Source of the DNA: Eledone cirrhosa | Taxonomy: Eukaryota | Assembly: GCA_964016885.1 (NCBI GenBank) | Contig: OZ024753.1 | Coordinates: 34,162,001 to 34,226,000 of the forward strand | Direction: 5' to 3' | DNA length: 64,000 nt | Part shown: positions 14,189 to 29,464 of the stretch, one piece after another | How the letters are laid out: the number at the start of each line of letters is the position of its first letter | How positions within the stretch are numbered: the first letter of the stretch is position 1 | Program-made: the position numbers and the translations under genes | The notes under the pieces: generated by a model | The model's input: the letters and a program-made list of their open reading frames with translations, nothing else | The model's database searches: none | Told to the model about the DNA's origin: nothing

Positions 14189-14227
<39 letters not shown>

Positions 14228-14232
14228 ATATA

Positions 14233-14293
<61 letters not shown>

Positions 14294-14425
14294 CTGCCAT
14301 GGTGCCCAAATCCTGAATTGAAAGACTTCGCCAGGTGGTGCTATTAAGTTAGACATGGCCTGGGTCAATACTGGCCAAAACATTTCAAAGTTATTCAAAG
14401 TTATATATATATATACACATATATG

Positions 14426-14610
<185 letters not shown>

Positions 14611-14629
14611 ATATATATATATATCTTAT

Positions 14630-14970
14630 GGAGGCACATGGCTCAGTGGTTAGAGCATTGGCCTTGCAATCGAAAGGTTGTGAGTTCAATTCTCAGACCG
14701 GGTGATGTGTTGTTTCCTTGAGCAAGACACTTTATTTCACATTGCTCCAGTTTACTCAGCTGTAGAAATGAGATGATAGGGACTGGGGTCCCTATCATTC
14801 CACTGCAAAGTGGTCGTGGAGCTGCCATGGCAAAAAAGCACCCAGCACTCACTGTAAATGAGGTTGGTGTTAGGAAGGGCATCCAGCTGTAGAAATCAAG
14901 CCAGAATCAGTTCCAGTCCCACCCTTGCAAGCAGAGAAAAGCGGACGTAAAATGAAATGATGATGATGAT
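14630..14970 (+). mobile_element. CORE-like SINE (family B)
   Basis: Full-length copy from head to (ATG)n tail, between (TA)n tracts. Confidence 0.9.
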
Positions 14971-15159
14971 CTGTATATATATATATATATATATGTATGT
15001 GTATATATATATCTGTATATATATATATATATGTATGTATGTGTATATATATATCTGTATATATATATGTATGTATATATATATATATCTGTAAATATAT
15101 ATATATATATATATATATATCTATCTGTAAATATATATATATATATATATATCTGTAAA

Positions 15160-15205
<46 letters not shown>

Positions 15206-15742
15206 GGGGAGATACATACATATATGCATATATGCATGTATGCATACATACACACACATACATACACTAGATGGGTGCACATGAACCTAAGCAAGCCACT
15301 TTTAGTTCATCTAAGTGAAATATTTAATTAGAGTGCACAACAATTACATCATCAGTCCCAGCTTTGGTTATGTCCGTGGTCTAAGAATGGACCTCACGTA
15401 TATCACATAAAGCAAATATGGAATATTTACCACAAAATACTTTGTGGGGGACCTCTGGATGTTTTGGTGACTTTTCACCTCGTCAGACGCTGTTGAACTC
15501 AAGCCAATTGCTCGTTAAGCCATACAATATATAACAGTTGTTGACATCACAATGAAAATATATATAAATTGACCAGGAACAGATAAAAGGATGACTAAAT
15601 TATGAGTGAGATTATTCAAATAATGGCCACATCAACTGCATTTAAACTCCCATTCTTCAGCTTTCTTCCTAAAGGTGAGATCTATGATTATATAACGTCC
15701 ATCATCTCCGTCAATAAACACACTCAACTGGGTATTATTTAT

Positions 15743-15966
15743 AGGGCCAGTGGATTGGCAGTATCGGTAGGGGGTCGGACACCATGCTTTGACACATAGA
15801 GTTACGGCCCTTTATGTTCTGAGTTCAAATCCCACCGAGGTTAGCTTTTCCTATCATCCTTACTGGGTAGATAAAATAAAGTACCAGTATTGCACTGGGC
15901 TCAACTTAATAGACTTTCCCATCCCCTTCAAATTGCTGGTCTTGTGCCTAAAGTAGAAACAATTAT
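15743..15966 (+). mobile_element. Family A SINE
   Basis: A/B boxes, Meta-like core, GTGCCTAAAGTAGAAACAATTATT end. Confidence 0.85.
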
Positions 15967-16610
15967 TTATTTATTTTATCTACTGAGAACAGATAAAAGT
16001 TAGCCACAGCGGGATTAGAACTTAAACTTTAAAATCACTTATACTTTTAGCACCTTTGAAAATAAGCTTCAATGCTATGTGTGCTATTTTCTACATCTAT
16101 ATAGTTGTGTCTAGTTAATAATTGCATTTAGCAGAAAACACAGAAGTTCTAAATCTATAGCATCAAGTTTGTAAATGAGAATGCTTCATTAAACATGTCA
16201 GCAGAAGGTTAAAGGGTTTCCCAAAACTTCCATTTGAATTTTCGATATAATTTTATCACTATTGTTGAGAATGACAAATGTGTCTCGATATCATTTCATT
16301 TTACTTCACGGTAAACAATGATATTATATTGTGAAAGTTACTATACATTAGTTTGGTGGGGTTTTTTCCTACATGGCGAAATTAAGAAGAAGGAAAAAAC
16401 ATAAAAAAAACAAAACAAAAACAATATTCTCAAGAAACAAAATGTTAGCCATTTTTTTGTTTCTTTCAAAAAGATTTCAATGCGAGAAATCCGTTTTCTA
16501 TGTGTTGCAGTGTTTTATCCACAGCAATGTACACACTCTTACATATTCACACAAACACCCAACACACATATACATACATACATACATACATACATACATA
16601 CATACATACA

Positions 16611-16641
<31 letters not shown>

Positions 16642-17234
16642 GACCTACACTCACACAAAGGCAGAAATAAATAGAAAAACAATTTGTGCAAAATGACAGG
16701 GAAAATAATTTCAGTTGATGCAAGAATATAGTGATAGGTGGGCCTTTTTAACTTCATACAACGATTGAATTCTAAGACAGATATGAGCTATGACAGCTGA
16801 GATAGAATTGGCCATTGAGATATGGAAAACAAAACCAACAAAGTCTTTGTCAATTGAATAAAGGAACACAAAGTCTGTTTTTGATGTGAATGCAATAATT
16901 TAACTAGTTTCTTTTCACCACAAATCTGCGTTTGCTTAAATCAGTGTGAAAAACCTTCTATCTTGTCAATGAATATTTATATACAATGTGAGTAGGTGAA
17001 GACATCTTCAAAAGAGGTTTAGAACTTCATCTTGCAAGCATGAGATCCAACGTTCGATTCTACTACATGGCATATTGAGCAAATGTATTTTACTAGAGCC
17101 TCGAATCATCCAAATCCTGGTGAAATCCTTGGAACCTTTGCCAAGATCTTTGCGGTGTTTATTCCGATTCTTTGTGATCTGAATTCTTATGTGGCACACT
17201 TAATCTGTTACCCGTTTAAATATCAGCACCTGGT

Positions 17235-17280
<46 letters not shown>

Positions 17281-17302
17281 GCACATACATATGTATATCT
17301 AT

Positions 17303-17515
17303 CTAAGGCGGGTAAAATTCCCGAGATCCATGGACGAGTTCTCTCCAGCGGTCTCTGTCCCTCATTATCGCTGCCATATCCTGCATCTCCAACAGACCAG
17401 TGTCTGTCCTTAGGGCATCAACATATGTTAACCTTGGTCTTCCTCTTCTAGTGTGTCCATGTAGGGGCTCCCAAAGGAGCACTGAGTGCAATGTCAACTC
17501 TGGATGAAACACCAG
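17303..17515 (-). pseudogene. 3' end of an RTE/RTEX-type non-LTR ORF
   Basis: LLWEPLHGHTRRGRPRLTYVDALRTDTG...MRDRDRWR matches the typical RTE C-terminal RGRP..T(Y/W).D...DR..WR motif. Confidence 0.8.
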
Positions 17516-17548
17516 GACTCTGGCTTTACTGTAGCACCGGCTCAGAAG

Positions 17549-17579
<31 letters not shown>

Positions 17580-17637
17580 CGTTATTCCGGGTTGAGTCGG
17601 AGGTAACCACAGTAAGTAAGGTACTCAATACATTGCT

Positions 17638-17686
17638 GATTCCTGATGATTTCTAAAGAATGAAACAGTTCTAGTCCTGTAGAATC
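17638..17686 (+). ncRNA. Compact type I hammerhead ribozyme
   Basis: GATTC-CTGATGA-TTTC-TAAA-GAAT-GAAAC-AG-TTCTAGTC-CT-GTA^GAATC. Stem I is 5 bp, stem II is TTC/GAA, stem III is ACAG/CTGT. Lies in a 110-bp island (17579-17691) between (TA)n tracts. Confidence 0.75.
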
Positions 17687-17689
17687 TCA

Positions 17690-17756
<67 letters not shown>

Positions 17757-18051
17757 TATATATAGATATATATTATATATATGGAAACAAAGAATCAGTG
17801 TTGCATCATATACATATTTAATTACATATTACATATGTTTCACTGTCGATCAGCTCGAGGAACGATCTATTAATGATCAAACCTGACTCTGGAATAGTTG
17901 AGTTCGGTGAAATCAGAACTCAAAGTGTAAGGGGCCAGGATAACTACCGCAAAATATGTAATCCAACAGTCTAACGATACTGTTAGTTTGCTACCTGAAC
18001 TGAAAATCATTGAACCACCAACACATGTGAAATCTCTCCACAAAATATGTA

Positions 18052-18090
<39 letters not shown>

Positions 18091-18095
18091 CATCT

Positions 18096-18372
18096 AAAGT
18101 CTGTCTTAAGCCAGAAGGCTCATTTGGCCAGTGCTTATCCCGGTTTGATGGCGTGAAGTGACTGAGAGTACAAGACTCCCCCCTAGACAGGACGCCAGTC
18201 CATCGCAGGGTGAAACCCCCAGCTATTGCTGGTACTCATTTTCAGCTGAGTATACTGGAGCAACGTGAAATGAAGTGTTTTGCTCAAGAACACAACACGC
18301 AATCCAGGAATCGAACCCACGACATTATGATATCGTAAGTCCAACACCCATACCACTAGGACACGTGCCTCC
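18096..18372 (-). mobile_element. CORE-like SINE with a different 3' domain (CCCTGCGATGGACTGGCG, V-SINE-like motif)
   Basis: tRNA head with GGTTCGATTCC, core TTGAGCAAAACACTTCATTTCAC, and a 3' half unlike family B. Confidence 0.7.
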
Positions 18373-18868
18373 ACCTATACACATATATATATGTGTGTAG
18401 TGTGTTTGAGTATATGTGTATGCATGTGTGTCTGCGTGATAAAACAATTATAAATACATAAATTTATAGATTTTATAAAAAATAAAATGATCAAAAGATC
18501 CTTTTTGACATTTTCCGTAAAAAGTGTGCCAGTCTGCAGACACAAATCTTCGGAAAACTATGGAGTAGTGTTATAATAACACAATATAAGTTGTTCAATA
18601 AACGATTTCAATCATTTTTTTCTTGTATTACTTTCATAAATAACCTCAGATGACTTTCGTTTGGCAGCGTATTAGGTTTTATATAAACTAATAGCGTCAA
18701 CAACTGTTGGAAATATGTTGAAACCCAAATACAATATTGAGGAGATATACAGGCGTCACCCGAGCATCATCTAAATCTCATCATCTTTTGGTCAATATCT
18801 TAATTCCTTTTCCTTTATCAGATTTTCTTCTTTTCATATTTTTCTTATATTATTTATATATATATCCA

Positions 18869-19062
18869 GGGTGGTGGATTGGCAGTATCGGTAGAGGGTC
18901 GGACGCCATGCTTTGACGTATAGAGTTACAGCCCTTGCCATTCTGAGTTCAAATCCCGCTGAGGTTAACTTTGCCTTTCATCCTTACGGGGTCGATAAAA
19001 TAAAGTAACAGTAATGTACTGGGTAATTGCTGGCCTTGTGCCAATAGTAGAAACAATTATTT
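18869..19062 (+). mobile_element. Family A SINE
   Basis: Full-length match to the family consensus. Confidence 0.88.
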
Positions 19063-19080
19063 ATATATATATATGATATG

Positions 19081-19131
<51 letters not shown>

Positions 19132-19168
19132 TGTATATATAATCAATTTATTAAGGCTCGATAGTGAG

Positions 19169-19218
19169 TCTTGTTATTCTGGAGTTTCACCTGCTTATCA
19201 CAGCATCATCAGACAAGA
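19169..19218 (-). ncRNA. Slightly decayed type I hammerhead
   Basis: Minus strand: TCTTGT-CTGATGA-TGCTGTGATAAGCAGGT-GAAAC-TCCAGA-ATA^ACAAGA. Stem I is 6 bp and perfect. Lies in an 80-bp island inside (TA)n. Confidence 0.65.
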
Positions 19219-19220
19219 AC

Positions 19221-19264
<44 letters not shown>

Positions 19265-20066
19265 TGTATGTATGTATGTATATATGGGGGGATGTATTTA
19301 ACCCTTTAGCATTTTAACCGGCCATATCTGGCCAGAATTCTCTCACCTCTTCCAATTCAAACCAGCTGTAACCGACCACTCACACTGATGTTAAGGCATG
19401 GTTCTCAAAATAAACAATATCAAAATCTCATAGATTTGATATTATGTGATATAATTATGTGAAGTAAACCTTTTCCCATGAAAATACAATAGTAAATATA
19501 GAGTAATGTAAATGCTAATGGGTTAAAGATGTATACATGCTTTATTTTCACATATATACCTATGAAAATATGGCACAAATAGAGAACTACATTATATCGA
19601 AGTTCAATTATTTTATATTTCCAGTATTCCTTCATATTTGCAGTATGTGTGTGTGAGTAAAACCACAAACCCTCCATCTCAATTCTACTTTTGAAAAGCA
19701 CAAGAACTGCGAAACCGGTAAAGGAACCAAATAAATATGTTTTTTTTTAAAAAGACTCCAGTTGTATTTTCGATTTCATCTTTTTTCCTTATACTTTCAC
19801 TTGTGTAGGACACCTCGTTTTTTTTTTCATTTTGTAAAAAAACCTCACTTTCTAATATATATATAGTTGTAGGGTTGCAAGGTAAATGCGTCCGTACACG
19901 GTATGCTGGTTGAGCACTCAATGCTCGCGCAGAGCACAGTATAATATTATAAAGAACAAGGATTCAGTGTTGCATCATATCACATTTATTAACATATTAC
20001 ATATGTTTCTCTATTGATCAGTTCGAGACAAGATCCATTACAGATCGGAGACGATCTCACACGCAA

Positions 20067-20160
20067 AACATATCTGAAGAACTTTCGATTGCAGAGTTGG
20101 GTTCGATCTGTAATAGATTTTGCCTCGAGCTGATCTATCGAGAAACATATGTAATATGTT
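20067..20160 (+). ncRNA. Type I hammerhead with 61-nt stem II (second full copy of the 8.6 kb family)
   Basis: AACATAT-CTGAAGA-[61 nt]-GAAAC-ATAT-GTA^ATATGTT-AATAAA, inside fold-back element 19865-20212. Confidence 0.75.
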
Positions 20161-20352
20161 AATAAATGTGATATGATGCAATACTGAATCCTCGTTCTTT
20201 ATAATAATTATATATATAAATCTTACACAAAACTCCAGCACCAACAGTTTTGCAAGAGATGTCAACATGAATGGACCTGTTATTTTTATCTAAAGACATT
20301 TTTTCCAATTCCAGCCCGCCCGTCCCCTCAATCTATCTTATTTCTCATTCTT

Positions 20353-20388
20353 TCTTCTGATGAAGAACTAGCGTCCAAAACGTTAAGA
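20353..20388 (+). ncRNA. Decayed minimal hammerhead in a pLTR fragment
   Basis: TCTT-CTGATGA-A-GAAC-TAGC-GTCC-AAAAC-GTT^AAGA (G12 changed to A). The downstream tail is repeated at 8088-8167. Confidence 0.55.
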
Positions 20389-20549
20389 CCCTCTTCCTGC
20401 TATATCAAGTGTTAACCTAATATATCCCTTCCATAAACTGCAGCGATTGTGTTGTTATTTCTGTTTACCTTTTACATACATATATATATCTATATATATA
20501 TATATATGAAAAAATGGCGTGCTGCATTGTTGCGAGTGTGGTACATATG

Positions 20550-20629
20550 TCCGTCATCAGTGATCTTCTGACTATCGTCGGTATTTCTGAAGAAATACCG
20601 ATGATAGTCAGAAGATCACTGATGACGGA
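20550..20629. repeat. 38-bp-arm hairpin in a (TA)n-flanked island
   Basis: TCCGTCATCAGTGATCTTCTGACTATCGTCGGTATTTC-TGAA-GAAATACCGATGATAGTCAGAAGATCACTGATGACGGA. Confidence 0.9.
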
Positions 20630-20678
20630 GAGTCCCGTTTCTTGCTCTTTTTTAATTCATATATATATATATATATAA

Positions 20679-20752
<74 letters not shown>

Positions 20753-20771
20753 TTTTAAAATAAAAAAAATA

Positions 20772-21097
20772 TCATTTTACGTCCGCTTTTCCCTGTTTGC
20801 AAGGGTGGGACGGGAACTGATTCTGACTTGATTTCTACAGCTGGATGCCCTTCCTAACACCAACCTCATTTACAGTGAGTGCTGGGTGCTTTTTTGCCAT
20901 GGCACCTCCATGACCACTTTGCAGTGGAATGATATGGACTCCAGTCCCTATCATCTCATTTCTACAGCTGAGTAAACTGGAGCAATGTGAAATAAAGTGT
21001 CTTGCTCAAGGAAACAACACATCACCCGGTCTGAGAATTGAACTCCCAACCTTTCGATTGCAAGGCCAATGCTCTAACCACTAAGCCATGTGCCTCC
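20772..21097 (-). mobile_element. CORE-like SINE (family B)
   Basis: Near-identical to 1888-2228. Confidence 0.9.
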
Positions 21098-21943
21098 ATA
21101 TATATAAAAACATACATACATATTTGTCGTTCTTGGTAAAGCTTATATAGTAATGATATGTAAAGCATAAAAAACTCTTCTGAAATGAGTTAAAACTAAA
21201 AAGTTCCATACATATATTATTGTGGTATATTAGTTGTGGTTTTATTTAGGGGTGATCCTACCACCTAATGTGAAGTTGTTAAGACAACCGATATAGAAAT
21301 AAAGTTTGATTAAATGTCAGACTGTGGAAGTGATAATATTCTCCTCTGATTTGCAAGCTTAAATACCAAATTTCTTCCAAATTACGTTTTACTTCCCAAC
21401 CAAGCCCCAAGAGAATTTTGATGTTTTTGCTGATGAACAGTGATGAAAAAATACTCAATAAAATAAGTTCTCTTCCTTTCTGTATCTCAATATGGTGTGT
21501 GTGTGGGGGGGGGGGGGGGGGGTCTATGTCAGTATAAAATTGCACTCACAGACATACTATATATATATATATATCTGTGTGCATGTGTATGTATGTATAA
21601 AAGGGTAAGGTTAATTTTGATGTGTGCATCATAAACTTAATAATTTGTTTACAAGTACGGCATAAGATAGTAAAACCAGACAGAACCACATTATATAAAA
21701 TTATCATATATTGAATTAGAGATTATTAAAAATTAGGCACTTAAATGTAGTCTCCATTACATGGTATATAGAATTCTTTTATTGGTTTCAAATATCAGAC
21801 TGAGGCCACGCTTGGGTGCTACCTTGATTTAGTCGATCAAATTGACCCATGCACTTCTATACAAATATATATACATGCATGTATATGTGTGGCGTATGTG
21901 TGAATGTATGTATATATGTATGTGTGTGGCCATGTGTCTGCGA

Positions 21944-21984
<41 letters not shown>

Positions 21985-23110
21985 ATATATATGAGTATAT
22001 ATTTGTGTGTATGTCTACATGCATACATACATAAAAGCATACATACATATATACCTACCTACATACATATGTAAAAAGGGTAAAGACCACCTTCGGTCAT
22101 GAGTGACCATGGAATTTGTACCTAGAAAGTTTCCCTCTGAGTCACAAGTCCGGGCAAGGACCTGTATGTCGTCGCCCATGCATACCAGCCTCCCCTCTCT
22201 ACACCACCGAAGATGTCCAAGGGAAAGGCAATACATACATATATACATAATAGATACATACATATATACATACATTCATACATATATACACACATAAAAG
22301 CATACATACATATTTTCATACATAAAAAAACATGCATACATATATAACATAATATAACATACATACATATACACATTATTTAACCTCCATATTCTTTATC
22401 GAAGAATTACACATCATTGGGTTTCATATGATTCATCTCAGTCTAAAAGCCAAAGTTTCATTCTTTTTTTATGTAATTTCATGGGAAATATTCGAAAGTA
22501 GATTGTTCTGAATAATAAGCCCGGAGATAAATACCAAATGGATTCTCAGAGGGATTATATATATATATAAAAGATTGTTAAAAGTTTTTGATGGGAACAT
22601 TCGTGTCTATTTATATATTTCTAGAGAAGAACACCATTTGATGTCTTGCATAATTGTTTGAAAATGGCTTTATTTATTTCTTTCATTCTTTCGTCTGTCT
22701 GAGAAGCTGATAGTTTATTTCTATTGGAATTAAAAACACGTTTACTTGAAAGATTTGGGGAAAAAAATCTATTATTACGTGAATTATATTAAATATGTTA
22801 TATTATAATGAGTATTGTTCATTGTTTGAACTACGCTTTATATATATATATCATCATATATATATATTTTATATATATATATCTTCATATATATATCATC
22901 ATATATATATATATGTACATATATATATTTTCATATATATATATCATCATATATATATATGTATATATATATTTTCATATATATATATCATCATATATAT
23001 ATCTTCATATATATATATCATCATATATATATGTATATATATGTATATATATATATATATCTTCATATATATATGTATATATATATTTATATATATATAT
23101 ATATATCTTC

Positions 23111-23152
<42 letters not shown>

Positions 23153-23537
23153 CTTCATATATGTATATGTATCTTCATATATATATGTATCTTCATATAT
23201 ATATATATATGAAGATATATATATAGATAGGTAAATATACACGGGTGTGTATGATTGTGTATAGAAGATTATATTAATAAGAGGAATTCCAACTTTGTCT
23301 GATTTACTTGTTTTATTTACAATCCTTTAAAATATATAATGGTATTATAATGAAATAGTATGATAGAATATTAAATTCTAAGTGTTAATTGAACAAGTAC
23401 TTTCATGCTTTCGCAATCTTCAGGTTCATAATATGTGGTGACAGTCGAGTTTGCAATTTTCAACTGTGGATATATATATATACATATATATATATACATT
23501 TATATACATATATATATATGTATATATATATATCTTC

Positions 23538-23568
<31 letters not shown>

Positions 23569-23619
23569 TCATCATATATATATAAATATATATATCATCA
23601 TATATATATAAATATATAT

Positions 23620-23653
<34 letters not shown>

Positions 23654-23662
23654 TATATATAT

Positions 23663-23723
<61 letters not shown>

Positions 23724-23870
23724 TCATATATATATCATCATATATATATAAATATATATATTATCATATATATATATATATATATTATCATATATATATA
23801 AATATATATATGATATATATATAAATATATATATCATATATATATAAATATATATATCATATATATATAT

Positions 23871-23904
<34 letters not shown>

Positions 23905-23966
23905 CCATATATATATCATCATATATATATAAATATATATATCATCATATATATATAAATATATAT

Positions 23967-24026
<60 letters not shown>

Positions 24027-24215
24027 CTTCATATATATATATATATATATTTATTAAAATAACAGATTAAAGTTTAAGCAAAGAATCGCTGCTTTCACCC
24101 TTAATATATATATTTTCCTTATCGAGCCCTCTTTGGATTTTAGTCTTCAATTTTATTATTATTACTATATATATATATATATTCATATATATATCATCAT
24201 ATATATCTATATATC

Positions 24216-24272
<57 letters not shown>

Positions 24273-24317
24273 TCATATTCTCTGTTGTATAAATACAAAC
24301 ACCGTGTGTAAATTATT

Positions 24318-24436
24318 CAGTTATTCCAATGATTTGTTTAGGCAAACACTCTATTTAAGGTCGAGTGACACAACTTTGAATGATTTAGACATACCTAATT
24401 AGACATACCTGATCAATGAAACAATTGTTAATACTG
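24318..24436 (+). ncRNA. Degenerate long-stem-II hammerhead (family D)
   Basis: CAGTTATT-CCAATGA-T-TTGTTTAGG...CCTGATCAA-T-GAAAC-AATT-GTT^AATACTG. The stem II base and stem I pair, but the core deviates from CTGATGA at two positions. Confidence 0.45.
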
Positions 24437-27297
24437 TAAATAAAACCTTTTTTGTACTGTTGGCCATGTTATTCTTCACTCTTTCACTATTATTACTCCA
24501 AGAATGACTTGCATAGGAATTCCCGCAAACTCGCTACTTAACTAAGGAAACCTCTTGTTGAGTCAAACAACGCCATACGTTAAAACTATCCACAATACAG
24601 AGTACTCACAACTTCTAACTGGATTACCTATAACGATAATTTGTTATCCCATATATATTTATATATATATATAGCAGTAAATTAATTAAACATTACTATT
24701 AAACAATTATATACTTTGAACATTTTTCTGTAGAACAATATTGGTACTATAAGTTGGCAACAACCACTTCTATGAGACATGACCAGCTTCCAAAAGAAAA
24801 CAGAAAAATTGTAACTGTTAAGATGTGTTGACACTCATGGTTATATTTACTAGAAACATATCATTTTACAGCAGTCACAATATGGACTTAATCCTGAAGA
24901 TGTCGCCAAAGAAAAGAAGAAGGAAAAAAACGAAATTAAAATGTTCTGCTTTGAGAACAAAATCAAAAATATAATTCTTACAAGTTTATCCACTTTAAGA
25001 CACTGTTCATCTGATTCTAGTTATCACTGCGCCATTTTATTGGATGTATTGTATGCAATACATTAACGCACATTGTATTTCAATCACATTGTTCACTATT
25101 GAGCAAAAATCTAGTAACCTTAATTCCATTAATTGAAATTGTTAAAGAAACAACACGCAGCTACCTGGCATGAGAGCAGACCCATGGTCAAGCCTTAGAC
25201 TGTGCGGAATTGAGATATCTCCCCATCATTCAGCTCCATGTGGAGTAATGGGAACTAAAGAAGAAGAAGAAAATTTCACTATGAAATACATGTCCGCCTA
25301 TATTTTCTCACCATGAAAAATACTCATATCAACCTGAAAAGTCTCAATATATAGATTGTAGCTTATGGAGGCACACACACATAGATACATACACAAAGAC
25401 GCATAAGCATACACACATTATTTGATACATACACAGAGTACACATCACTTAAATTTGAGTATATAACAGACTTAACGCACACTCAAACAATACACACTAA
25501 GACATGCACGTGTATATTCAGATTAGCATAGTTTTAGACAACTCAAATTTTAAATGATAATAATTGAAACCTTATACAATTCTACTTTACAATAAATTTC
25601 GTTCATGTCTTTTACATGCAATCTTTCAACTGTGTTGTTTTTTTTGTCAATTTGATATGCCTGTCGTTTCAAACTATTTCTCAGATGAAATCATCCATAT
25701 TTATATATTCCATTAGTGTATTTCGCATTTAATAACATCCAAACTTCAAATCTCTCGGCAAAGAAACTTTTTACGTATTCCAAATATATGCACATACTAT
25801 AGAACATAATTTTCTCTAATGTGTTCACAAAGCAATCCAATTAAATTTTCCTCACCCATCCACCATAACGGAAACAACTCCAACTCTCTCTAAATCCAAT
25901 CCACGATTCAATTCTCCTCCCCATGTCAACTTAATCCAGTTCATTTTCCCTATAAAACAAGATAACTTCTGTCAAGATTAATGCAATTTGAACTACTTAA
26001 AACGAATATCCAAATGCAATACAATTCAATTCCAAATTCTAACAGTTAAGTCCAATCATATTCTTCCATAGTTTAATATAATCGCATTCATTTAGTTCTT
26101 ATACTCTCCATTATGTTCAGTTCAAATTCACTTACAAGCCATTCTGAACCAAATATAATCCAATATACATACAATCAAAATCAATCCAAGTTTTTCTCAA
26201 TTTACTCGATTAATTTGAAACTGTATTCTTTACTACAGCTAAATTATTTGTGCGCAATCCTCTTCATCAGATACGCTAAGCTAGCGCAGCCTAATCTAAA
26301 TCACTCGTTAAATATACTAATTACACCCGTGTCAGTATCTCAGCTCAAATTTAATTATTCCTCACTAATTAGTTTAGTATAATTACGCTGAAGCAGTCAG
26401 TTCGTTTACGGATACATTTTATCCCAGGCCAACTAGATTTAACATGCATAGAAGTTTATCTAACACAACCTAAACTGCTACAAAATTTATGAACGGAATG
26501 AAAGATAATATATTCTTTATCCAACCGAACTCATATTTCACACTTTACCTGGCCCAACTTAATATATTCCTCTTTCACATGAACACTCATTTTATATGAT
26601 GTTGTAACATGATTTATCGCAAAATAGCTGGCCAAAATATAAAAACAATCAAAATAAATTGTATCTTAGCATGTAGAAAGAAAGTTATGACATGCAATAG
26701 GTTGATTCCAAGTTACATTTCAATTCCAATACAGATTTTGCAGATAATATCCAGTTATACGAAAGCCTAGAAAATGGGTTCCTTTGGATATTTAACCTCT
26801 TGGGGAAGTGATTTTTGTGCTATTTTGACTTCCATCGCCAAAACAGATAATGCAATCTGAAATATATTTTAAAACTGAATCTTATTGACAAGAATGGAAT
26901 CACACCCACAACACTGATCCTCTCAAGATTTATGCATTTGCTCAGGTCTATTAATATGAAACTATAGTATTGGTATAAAAATCATACAAGTGTTATGACA
27001 TGAATGGTTTGTGTTTTAAAGTATATCTACTTCGATATCTCCAGTTTTCTAGTTCAAATTATTCTTCATCCAAATACCAACAATTAAGCAACATATATGT
27101 ATATATACCGTATATATTGAACCTAGCTAAGTATCCTTGATTGTTGCACATCTTCAGAAGAATCGATACGATTCCAAGTAAAGAAAAGGGAATAATGTTC
27201 CTTGATGAAGGCCACGTTTTTAATAATTTCCCTTTTCTGTACTTGCCTTTTACTGAGTTACGGTTTCATACATACATATATACATACATATTATTAT

Positions 27298-27637
27298 GGA
27301 GGCACATGGCTTAGTGGTTAGAGCATTGGGTTGCAATCGAAAGGTTGTGAGTTCAATTCTCAGACTGGGTGATGTGTTGTTTCCTTAGGCAAGACACTTT
27401 ATTTCACATTGCTCCAGTTTACTCAGCTGTAGAAATGAGATGATAAGGACTGGGGTCCCTATTATTCCACTGCAAAGTGGACGTGTAGGTGCCATGGCAA
27501 AAAAGCACCCAGCACTCACTGTAAATGAGGTTGGTGTTAGGAAGGGCATCCAGCTGTAGAAATCAAGCCAGAATCAGTTCCCGTCCCACCCTTGCAAGCA
27601 GGGAAAAGTGGACGTAAAATGAAATGATGATGATGAT
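27298..27637 (+). mobile_element. CORE-like SINE (family B)
   Basis: Full-length copy. Confidence 0.9.
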
Positions 27638-28613
27638 TACATGCATATATACAAACATGCATTTATACATACATGCATACATACAAACATGCATACATAG
27701 ATACATATATACACATATACTATATACTATATATACATACATACATATTACATGCATATATACAAACATGCATTTATACATACATGCATACATACAAACA
27801 TGCATACGTAGATACATATATACACATATACTATATACTATATATACATACATATCCTTTCATTGCTAAATTACATTTCAGAGACTTGCAGTCAGGAAGA
27901 CAAAGACATTAAGAAAATAAAAGGAAAAGGCTGGTATTTGCATAATAAAAATAATTATGTAATATTCTTCATGGAATATTACATAATTTTGCTTTGTATA
28001 CAGAACAATGGAGGGTGGATTAGTTATTGAACTCGAATCGGCAGGCAAATCTGATGTATTCATTCGATTTATACTTTATGACAAGAGAGGCCGTCGCCTG
28101 GCGCCTCTAGCTAAACTATGGATGATTACTGCGTTCGTTTATTTCATAATATGCTTTGTAACTTCAAATCAGTTCAACGAAAGTAAAGTGAAAAAAAAAG
28201 ACAGGACACTAATATATATATATAAGGGGAGGGCGGACTCTTACATTGATTACACACATATAATACATATATATTTATATATATATATACAGTATGTATA
28301 TATATATATACATATATGTGTGTGTGAGTGTGTGTGTGTGTTATGGTGCGTTATGGTCCACCTGGTTCCTTACCACATTTCCTTCGTTATATGTGCATCT
28401 ATATATAGAGAGAGATTTATATATATGCATACATTTACATATACATATATTCATACACACACACACATATATATAATCACAGATACATAATATCACACAT
28501 ATATATATATATATATATACATACATACATATATCACATATATATATATATATATATATATATCACAGATACATAATATCACACATATATATATATATAC
28601 ATATATCACATAC

Positions 28614-28644
<31 letters not shown>

Positions 28645-28671
28645 TCACATATATGTAGATATATATATCTA

Positions 28672-28725
<54 letters not shown>

Positions 28726-28760
28726 ATATATATCTATATCTATATATATATATATATGTA

Positions 28761-28847
<87 letters not shown>

Positions 28848-29092
28848 ATATATATCTATATATATATATATATGTATGATATATATCTATATATATATAT
28901 ATATATATGATATATATCTATATCTATATATATATATATATATATATGATATATATCTATATCTATATATATATATATATCACATATATGTAGATATATA
29001 TATCTATCTATATATATATGTATGATATATATCTATATCTTTCTATCTATCTATATATATATATATGTATGATATATATCTATATCTATCTA

Positions 29093-29157
<65 letters not shown>

Positions 29158-29403
29158 AGAGAGGAGGAAGAGAGACATATCAACTCCGCTGAAAAAACGT
29201 CTGTCTAGAGAAGCTGAAATACATCTAATTGATACATCGGCAGCATAGCTGTCACAGACGCCGAGAAGGAGTAATTGTTCCTTTTTTATATAGACATCAT
29301 AAAATATGCCAGCAATATAGAAGTCGATATTACACATTATATGTATATATGTGTGTGTGTGTAAATTTTCCAGTCCGGCCTTCTGTTTTTGTTTTAATGT
29401 ATG

Positions 29404-29457
<54 letters not shown>

Positions 29458-29464
<7 letters not shown>

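Noticed and set aside
15468-15491. Minus-strand CTGACGA-GGT-GAAA
   Set aside because: No stem II or stem I pairing.
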